Positions 56,899-64,000 of a stretch of 64,000 bases of DNA are shown here, in pieces. The notes beneath the pieces were generated by a model that was not told the DNA's origin, ran no database searches, and worked only from the letters and a program-made list of their open reading frames with translations. Location of the stretch: assembly GCA_964635905.1 (NCBI GenBank), contig CAZWPK010000001.1:68894-132893 (forward strand). The letters are read 5' to 3'. This stretch comes from an uncultured Pseudomonadales bacterium. Its GTDB lineage: Bacteria; Patescibacteriota; Microgenomatia; UBA1400; UBA12028. How positions within the stretch are numbered: position 1 is the first letter of the stretch; each line of letters begins with the position of its first letter. Both the position numbers and the translations under genes were made by a program.

Positions 56899-57213
56899 TT
56901 ATTCTTGTTTGCGAAGTTTGCGCAACTCCGATTGTGTATGCTGATGGACAATCGAAATGATGTAAGTCTGGTAGGGAAGGCGACGTTGATTTGCCACGGT
57001 CTGGATGTCTGCCAGATCTGCTTCACTGATACGGAGTGAGATCATTTTATTTTTCCGCTGTTTTGCAGAGTTTGCAGCAATTTTTTGATACCGTTTTTTT
57101 TCTTCCTCGAAGTTGGGAATTGTTGTTAAGGAACCGCTTTCAAACGCATCTTCGATTTCTTGCTCTTGTGGATCTAAGATAATGGTGTGCTCGTCAGGAT
57201 TATAGTTTTTCAT
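56899..57213 (-). CDS. ribbon-helix-helix protein, BrnA/CopG-like antitoxin-type
   Basis: C-terminus ISLRISEADLADIQTVANQRRLPYQTYIISIVHQ matches the BrnA-type RHH (I.LRl.eelle.lk..A...G.pYQtli...l..). Start ATG at 57213 has GAAGAGGT 6 nt upstream. The longer track ORF is an in-frame extension. Confidence 0.55.
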   Translation of the reverse strand: MKNYNPDEHTIILDPQEQEIEDAFESGSLTTIPNFEEEKKRYQKIAANSAKQRKNKMISLRISEADLADIQTVANQRRLPYQTYIISIVHQHTQSELRKLRKQE

Positions 57214-57533
57214 AATTACCTCTTCGATAAATAATATTTTGTTGCTTTTCGACTTGGGTAGCACGTCTTTATAAATATTTTTTCTGCATCCTCTACGAAG
57301 GGGACAAAGAAAACATAGGCCTCTATTTCAATTTTTCTCTTCATTCCACCGAATCGTCTTCATACATTCTCAATCCACCCATAGTGTAATACGGCGTATA
57401 TACAATGTCAATTCATCGCATTACAGTATTGAGTTGCTTTCTCGACCGATAAGACCTATAATAACAATCTACTCTCACCCCATACTACATGGGGAATGAG
57501 AGTCTTGTCCTTTGATTTCTAGCGGAGGCAAAA

Positions 57534-57809
57534 ATGTTCGGGAATGCACTACTGATTGCTGGTATCGGGATCCTGACGATGATTCCACTCTCGTTTGCGG
57601 TCGCGGTACTCTCGAAGAGAACGGGAGAAGACTTCTTAGGGTCTGTGCTAAAAACTATCGTCGTCAACGGTGGACTTGGGGTAGTTTACTACCTCATTTT
57701 CATCAAGGCAGGGGTGCCCTACGACCCCTGGCAAACGCTCCTGACTGCTGGGTCGGCCATTGTGGCTGCCCTTATCAGTAATGTTGTCGTTTTCGTCTTC
57801 CGCCGCTAG
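57534..57809 (+). CDS. small 3-TM membrane protein (91 aa)
   Basis: Hydrophobic ORF followed by a GC-rich hairpin. Confidence 0.45.
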   Translation: MFGNALLIAGIGILTMIPLSFAVAVLSKRTGEDFLGSVLKTIVVNGGLGVVYYLIFIKAGVPYDPWQTLLTAGSAIVAALISNVVVFVFRR

Positions 57810-57816
57810 ATCTCAT

Positions 57817-57856
57817 GGCCCGCCCCCACAGTGGGGCGGGCTAGTACGTTTCTTTC
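57817..57856 (+). terminator. GC-rich hairpin, terminator candidate
   Basis: GGCCCGCCCC-ACAGT-GGGGCGGGC (9-bp stem) followed by a T-rich stretch GTTTCTTTCC. It separates the small membrane gene from leuS. Confidence 0.4.
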
Positions 57857-57950
57857 CTCTGATTTCCTTTTGTATTTTTTCCCATATATTCCTCTCGTTT
57901 GTTGCGGGATTTCATTGCACACAAATTCAAGATACAATAACGCCTACACT

Positions 57951-60473
57951 ATGAACCCATATAACCCACAAGAAATCGAAGAAAAATGGTTACACACTTG
58001 GGAAGAGAATCATCTCTTTCAGGGAACTGCAAAATCCCTTGCGACCAAATCGCTAGAAAATAAGTTCTACGCGCTCTTTGCCTTTGCCTATCCTTCTGGC
58101 TCAGGACTCCATGTGGGACATGTTGAATCCAAAACCGCGTTAGACATTCTGGTGCGCTACTTACGCATGCAGGGGAAAGATGTCTTTTTCCCCGTTGGTT
58201 GGGATGCCTTTGGACTTCCGGCAGAAAACTATGCCATCAAAACCGGTGTTCCTCCAGCTACAACCACCAAAGATGCAATCAATACTTTTCGCCGTCAGAT
58301 TAAACGCGTCGGGATCTCGTATGACTGGGAAACCGAGATTGCCACCTGTCATCCTGGCTACTACAAGTGGACGCAATGGATCTTTGTGCAGTTGTTCAAA
58401 GCCGGGTTAGCATATAGGGACAAAGGCTGGGTGAACTGGTGTCCATCCTGCAAGACCGTGCTTGCCAACGAGCAAGTCGTCAACGGCACTTGTGAACGCT
58501 GTGGGTCGGCGGTCATCCAAAAAGAACTAGAACAGTGGAAATTCAAAATCACCAAGTACCAAGATGAATTACTCGAAGGCCTGGAAACCGTTGACTGGCC
58601 AAAAGCAACCAAAGACCAACAGATGAACTGGATTGGAAAATCCAAAGGTCTCTCGATTGATTTTGCCCTGCAAGAAAAAGACATCCAACTGACAGTCTGG
58701 ACTAAGTTCTGGGAAACCGTGTTTGGTGTGACATTTGTGGTGATTGCTCCCGAGAAATTTAACGAACTGGAACTCATGGATGTTGTTCCCGTAGAGCATC
58801 AATCCAAAGTCGCTACGTATCTGGATGCCGCATTCCATATGACGGAAGAACAACGCAGAATCGGGGAGAAACATAAAACCGGTGTGGATACTGGCTTAAC
58901 CGTCAAAAACCCCGTCAATGGTGTCTTGGTTCCGCTGTATGTCGCAGACTACGTGCTCCGCAATGTCGGTACTGGAGTGGTCATGGGTGTTCCTTCTCAT
59001 GATGAGCGCGACTTTGCCTTTGCCAAGAAATTTAATCTTCCCTTGATTCAAGTTGTTGCGTATGCCGATGCAGAATTAAACGCCAAAGTCGCCTCTGGAG
59101 ACTCTTGGGCAGAAGGAGAGGGAAGGCTCCTACATTCTGGAGAATTTGATGGACAGTCCGCATGGGGTGAGGGAAAAGCTGCCATGGCGGAATGGATGAT
59201 CGAAAAAGGGGTTGCCAAGTGGCAAACCACCTACAAACTCCGTGACTGGCTAATCTCTCGACAACGCTATTGGGGTGCTCCCATCCCGATGGTTTTCTGT
59301 GAGACGTGTAAGGCAGCCAATAAAGGCGAACAGGAAGCGATGCCTGGCTGGTATAGCATTCAAGAGACGGCGTTACCTGTCCTACTTCCCGAGGTACCCG
59401 ATTTCCGTCCCACTGACGACGGAAAGTCTCCCATCGAAAAAGCTCCGGAAGAGTGGAAATACACCACCTGTCCCGGATGTGGCGGGCAAGCCAAACGCGA
59501 AGTCGACACCATGGATACCTTTGTGGATTCCAGTTGGTATTACTTGCGCTACGCCTTCTCCCGTGATGAATCACAGATCTTTAATCCTGAGGTGACCAAC
59601 GCACTCCTCCCAGTGGATATGTACTTAATTGGGCCTGAACATATCGTCTTACATCTTCTCTATGCGCGGTTCTTTACCAAGTTCTTGCGTGATCAAGGGT
59701 ATCTCTCCTTTGATGAACCATTCCAAAAAATGCGTCATCAAGGCATGATCTTGGGTCCTGACGGCAAGAAGATGAGTAAGAGTAAAGGGAACGTCATCAA
59801 TCCGGATGATGTGATCGAAAAGTTTGGCGCTGATACACTACGCGTCTACGAAATGTTCATGGGTCCTCTAGATGCCGACAAGGCCTGGGACATGAGTAGT
59901 GTTGCGGGCGTCTATCGGTTCCTGAACCGTGTGTACAGCCTATTTTCAAAGAATCAAGAATTACTCAAGGGAGCTCCACAAAAATCCAGCAAAGATCCGC
60001 TGCGCATCAAACTGCATTGGGCAATCGAGAAGGTAGGGAAGGATCTGCCAGAATTGAAGTTTAATACCGCAATTGCGGCCTTGATGGAACTCCTCAACGT
60101 CTGGCAAGCAAGTCTGGAAACGTCGGTGGGCTTGACATCCAAAGAATTGGAAACGGTTGCCAAGCTGCTTGCACCACTCGCCCCATTCCTTTCTGAAGAG
60201 CTCTGGAGCAGTCTAGGGAATACCGAATCCATTCATCAACAGTCTTGGCCAGTACTTGATCAGGATATGTTGACTCAAACAGCGATTGAAATTGCGGTGC
60301 AATTGAACGGGAAAGTGAAACTGCGACTGCAGCTTCCCATTGCGGCTGCAAGCGAATCGGAGTCCCTAAAACAGGCAGTCTTGGACCATTCGGAAGTGAG
60401 AGAACTTCTCGCAAGCCAAACGCCAAAAATGGTCGTAGCCGTGCCAACCAAGCTCGTGAACCTGGTGATCTAA
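57951..60473 (+). CDS. leuS: leucyl-tRNA synthetase
   Basis: MNPYNPQEIEEKWLHTWEE start. HVGH (HIGH motif), KMSKS, CP1 and zinc-binding CxxC blocks. Start set at the Met matching the LeuRS N-terminus; the track ORF extends upstream in frame. Confidence 0.9.
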   Translation: MNPYNPQEIEEKWLHTWEENHLFQGTAKSLATKSLENKFYALFAFAYPSGSGLHVGHVESKTALDILVRYLRMQGKDVFFPVGWDAFGLPAENYAIKTGVPPATTTKDAINTFRRQIKRVGISYDWETEIATCHPGYYKWTQWIFVQLFKAGLAYRDKGWVNWCPSCKTVLANEQVVNGTCERCGSAVIQKELEQWKFKITKYQDELLEGLETVDWPKATKDQQMNWIGKSKGLSIDFALQEKDIQLTVWTKFWETVFGVTFVVIAPEKFNELELMDVVPVEHQSKVATYLDAAFHMTEEQRRIGEKHKTGVDTGLTVKNPVNGVLVPLYVADYVLRNVGTGVVMGVPSHDERDFAFAKKFNLPLIQVVAYADAELNAKVASGDSWAEGEGRLLHSGEFDGQSAWGEGKAAMAEWMIEKGVAKWQTTYKLRDWLISRQRYWGAPIPMVFCETCKAANKGEQEAMPGWYSIQETALPVLLPEVPDFRPTDDGKSPIEKAPEEWKYTTCPGCGGQAKREVDTMDTFVDSSWYYLRYAFSRDESQIFNPEVTNALLPVDMYLIGPEHIVLHLLYARFFTKFLRDQGYLSFDEPFQKMRHQGMILGPDGKKMSKSKGNVINPDDVIEKFGADTLRVYEMFMGPLDADKAWDMSSVAGVYRFLNRVYSLFSKNQELLKGAPQKSSKDPLRIKLHWAIEKVGKDLPELKFNTAIAALMELLNVWQASLETSVGLTSKELETVAKLLAPLAPFLSEELWSSLGNTESIHQQSWPVLDQDMLTQTAIEIAVQLNGKVKLRLQLPIAAASESESLKQAVLDHSEVRELLASQTPKMVVAVPTKLVNLVI

Positions 60474-60519
60474 CTCCTGCTTGAACAACTAAAAGAGTTG
60501 CTATTAGATAATAGGCAGC

Positions 60520-61113
60520 ATGGATGATTCGTTGCCTCCGTTTGTCCAGCCGTCTGCATCAAAACAAGCGCTTGTGCTTCTAAGCCTCGTTGGAGTGGTC
60601 CTCATTGTCAGTGGTGGGATGTGGTTGTGGCGATCAACTCCTGCACCAATTGTTCCATCTCCAACGCCCTTTGCTCCTAAACGAACGATCGTCGTCGATG
60701 TCCAAGGAGCAGTGCATCATCCTGGCCTTCAAACCCATGAACGTGCGTTTGGCGTGGATTTGCGCGTTGGTGAACTCCTTGCCAGTGCAGGAGGACTGCT
60801 AGCAACCGCTGATCAAGACTATGTGAGTAAACAGATCAATCTCTCTGCCAAGGTAGAGGACGGAGAAAAGATCTACATCCCGACAAGTGGAGAAGTCACC
60901 GTTGCCACGAACCAAGTAATCGCCCAAAAAAACGGAAGGGTTGCAATCAACACGGCATCAAAAGAAGAAATTCTCAAACTCAAAGGCATTGGTGATGTAC
61001 GCGCAGAGACCATTTTGTCCACCCGACCGTTTCGTTCCTTTAGCGACTTTAGTGAAAAGACTGCATTTCCCCAATCAATCCTCACCGCGCTAGAATCGGT
61101 GCTTAGTTTTTAA
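60520..61113 (+). CDS. comEA: competence protein ComEA (TM anchor, SLBB-like domain, C-terminal helix-hairpin-helix DNA-binding domain)
   Basis: INTASKEEILKLKGIGDVRAETILSTRPFRSFSDF is the ComEA HhH signature. N-terminal TM. Confidence 0.75.
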   Translation: MDDSLPPFVQPSASKQALVLLSLVGVVLIVSGGMWLWRSTPAPIVPSPTPFAPKRTIVVDVQGAVHHPGLQTHERAFGVDLRVGELLASAGGLLATADQDYVSKQINLSAKVEDGEKIYIPTSGEVTVATNQVIAQKNGRVAINTASKEEILKLKGIGDVRAETILSTRPFRSFSDFSEKTAFPQSILTALESVLSF

Positions 61114-61124
61114 CGACACAACCT

Positions 61125-62441
61125 ATGAAGGGTATTCTTCGCCAGTTTTTGCACACGTACTCTGGAGTCTTGAATGGACATAGAATGCTATGGATACTAG
61201 GCATTCTGATCTGTTTTGGACTAATATATTTCCCGCGGTATACGCTAGAGTTTGCGTTACGGCAAAAAAATCTTGAGGATGGATGGTCGGGAAATGGCAT
61301 GGTCACGCGAGCAATTACGAAGAATCCGGGACGATTCGTGTACAGTTTTGAGGGAATGGAGCTCTCCTCAACTCAAGAGCTAGCCGTTGGAAGCGTCTAT
61401 TCTGTTGTCGCCACCGTGCAACGAGAAGAGAAGCCTACGGCGATAGTCCGGTTACAGGCGAAGTCAATCCAAGCACAACCTACTCAAGGCAGTCAGCAGC
61501 TTCTCGGAAGCTATTTCAAGGCAATTGATGGCTTACAAACGCGCATGCAGCACCGTGTCTTTCAGGCATTTTACCCCGACACCGCCCAATTGTTATTAGG
61601 CTTTGCCATTGGAAAGCGCCCAGAAGCTACGTCGTCCTTAAACCAATTGCTTCAAGATACAGGGCTTCTCCATGTCGCGGTTGCCTCTGGTGCAAACATC
61701 GTGGTGATGGCCGCGTTGTTTCATGCGGTAATAAAGTATTTCACTCCCAAGAAGGTGTCAATAATACTGACGCTGTTTTGGGTATTCTCGTACGCAATCC
61801 TTACGGGCTTTGATCCATCGATTTTACGAGCTTTTTGGATGTTTGCCATTGTCCTTGCAGCGACTTGGGTCGGTAGAAGTGTGCCGGGGATACTAGCTCT
61901 TATCTACTCAGTGATGATTGGATTGATCTATCAACCTTTTTTAATCTATTCCTTATCGTTTCAGCTGAGTGTAGCAGCCACTGCAGGAATTTTATGCATT
62001 CATCCACTCTGGTTTTCCTCTGCCAACGAAGCTCTAACAGGAGTGCGATCGAAGCTGCAATCCCTGTTGCTCGATTACGCTGGAATCACCCTTTCCTCGA
62101 GTATCTGTGTGGCGCCGTTGCTACTGGTAGCCAAGGGTAGCTTCAATCTAGGCGGAATTTTGGCCAATACAGTAGTTGGTTGGATCTTGGAGCCCTTACA
62201 ATTCCTCTCGCTGGTCTATGCCATGGGATTTTTGGTTCCCAGAGGTAATCCGCTCCAATTCCTCGAGATTCCGTTGTGGTTTCTCTCGCAGCTGTGTCTT
62301 GGAGTTCTCACTGTCATTCGACCGAGCATCCAAGTCCCGATCCAGACAGAAAATCTCTCGGGACTCATTGTTGCATGCTATTACGGAATCCTCGTTTTGG
62401 GCTATCTTTTCCTTCTGGCACAGAGGGGTCGTAAGCGCTAG
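61125..62441 (+). CDS. comEC: ComEC/Rec2-family DNA internalisation channel, short form lacking the C-terminal metallo-beta-lactamase domain
   Basis: Polytopic. LLLGFAIGKRPEATSSLNQLLQDTGLLHVAVASGANIVVMAALF is the competence-domain core. 438 aa only. Confidence 0.7.
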   Translation: MKGILRQFLHTYSGVLNGHRMLWILGILICFGLIYFPRYTLEFALRQKNLEDGWSGNGMVTRAITKNPGRFVYSFEGMELSSTQELAVGSVYSVVATVQREEKPTAIVRLQAKSIQAQPTQGSQQLLGSYFKAIDGLQTRMQHRVFQAFYPDTAQLLLGFAIGKRPEATSSLNQLLQDTGLLHVAVASGANIVVMAALFHAVIKYFTPKKVSIILTLFWVFSYAILTGFDPSILRAFWMFAIVLAATWVGRSVPGILALIYSVMIGLIYQPFLIYSLSFQLSVAATAGILCIHPLWFSSANEALTGVRSKLQSLLLDYAGITLSSSICVAPLLLVAKGSFNLGGILANTVVGWILEPLQFLSLVYAMGFLVPRGNPLQFLEIPLWFLSQLCLGVLTVIRPSIQVPIQTENLSGLIVACYYGILVLGYLFLLAQRGRKR

Positions 62442-64000
62442 CTAGTCAGGCAGGGTGTATGGATTGATCAATAGGACTAAACCCACGTTTTTTATGGGTA
62501 AAGATCGGGACGCAATTACTCGAGGTAAAATAGCGAGTAATCGTTGCTAAAAAGTATATCGGTTTCGCCTATTCTGCGTACTTTGAAGTCTCTGTAGCGA
62601 CACTCTCTAATGGCTTGAATTCCGATTATTTTGAAGCTTAGTATAGAACTGTAGGCCCCCAACCTGTCAATAGGAAAGAAAAAGGTAAGAATCAAAAACG
62701 ACAATAACAACAACTACTGCATGATGACCATTGGGATGGTTTGTAGGGAACAACTCCCTACAACGGGCCAGTTTCTTACAAAAGTATCCGGGATCGTTGA
62801 TCCCATTCCACATCCATGGACCAAAAACCCTCAATGAAACTAAACACCAACGACAACCACGATGTAAAGCTGGTCCCAAAATAGCTCAAAATCCACGATC
62901 GCGGTTAGCAAAAGCAACCCACCTCAATACATCCTCTAATAAAAATACTTATAAGATAATGGGTGAAGTTTCGGGTCTAAGGGAAGGGGTGTTTAATTAC
63001 CTCTGGTAGATAATCCACTTTTAGCACTAGCGTGGCTACTACCTGAATCTTTGTAGTGGGTAGTTTAGCTTGATGTATCAAGCTAAAACGCAATTAAGCG
63101 GGAAATAAAGGAGAGTAGAGAGGCCGAAGCAGAAAAATAGGCCTAGTATAAAATGCTATGAAGCTTTTGAGTTGTCTCCCGCAAAAACTGTGTTTTTTTA
63201 GTGATACCATGCCACCACGGGAATCGTCAATCCCAGACTCCGTTGTGGTGCCATCTTCCGAGCGCCTTCCACCGAATATTCATCGAAAATGAACAAGCCT
63301 CTCAAACGCCCATTTTGGTGTTTTTTACCGGATTACCTCATAAGAGGTGGACAGTAAAAATGACAAAACAACGTAAGATACTCGAGTAAAATCGCAGTCC
63401 GAACGAGTGATCTTTCTCTATTTTCGCAATTCTTCTCGAGAGAGGGCAATGGTTGCTACCACCGTTCTTGGCAAAACAATAAATGAATTCTTTTCAACAA
63501 ATCTATCGGAGGTAGTACCAAGCAGTCCTCCGATTTCCGCACTGGGTAGAACGTCAATCTTTTAGGGTAAACTGCCAACACTATTGCCTACGAAATCGAA
63601 ATGACGTTCCCAATGGCGAGGTAGTAACGAAAAGACAAAGCGATCGTCGTCTTTGCGAAAAACTAGTGAGACCATGACGATACAAAAACGATCATCAGTA
63701 ACACTAATAAAAAATGGGATGGGCCAATAGGACCTATAGTGGACAGAAAAACTATTGTTTTCTTCATACGATTTAAACAGCAGTAAAAGAGTAATAATAG
63801 TGAACATCGAAATAGACGGATAGAACAAGTAAAAACGGATAAAGAATGAGTTCTAAAAATAAACAAAAAGGAAACGATAAAAAGTGCAAGAACACTAAAC
63901 GTGTTCAATATAGCGTCAACTATTCGGTACTGTTACGGTAAATGAGCTAGTATGTTCGGGGAAAGACAGTGTATTGAGTACCGTGGACCATAAAACCACA

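Overview
The window is about 64 kb at roughly 43% GC and has the look of a small-genome, Patescibacteria/CPR-like bacterium. That lineage call is an inference from content alone: tandem GFTLLE-type IV pilins, ComEA plus a short ComEC, giant surface proteins, and weak Shine-Dalgarno signals. Housekeeping genes lie on the left (1-15 kb) and right (43-62 kb). These include a LysM/M23 peptidase, a GAF histidine kinase, a receiver protein, Obg, an AdoMet decarboxylase, an ABC-2 exporter, iPGM, an atpFHAGDC block, LeuRS and ComEA/ComEC. There are also two tRNA-Ala genes flanking dgkA, a probable RNase P RNA, and a short GC-rich island. The centre (15.6-42.5 kb) is a single minus-strand gene block of about 27 kb. 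It encodes a 4985-aa repeat-rich surface protein with a MerR-type HTH at its extreme N-terminus, then a transmembrane anchor and phage-tail-fibre-like modules. Two tandem paralogous 1550-1640-aa proteins with LamG/concanavalin-like repeats and a DUF2341-like N-terminus follow, sharing a perfectly identical ~460-bp 5' segment. The block ends with an O-antigen-ligase-like (Wzy_C) membrane protein carrying TPR repeats, immediately next to two type IV pilin genes. The divergent intergenic region upstream of the giant gene carries five copies of an AAATGTCCAA(A/G)TTT motif. Other oddities are a secreted protein ending in an ATP-synthase c-subunit-like hairpin that lacks the carboxylate, an atp block without atpB/atpE, and a soluble TraD/VirD4-like ATPase beside an RHH protein. 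Many plus-strand ORFs in the track inside the giant gene are antisense artefacts.
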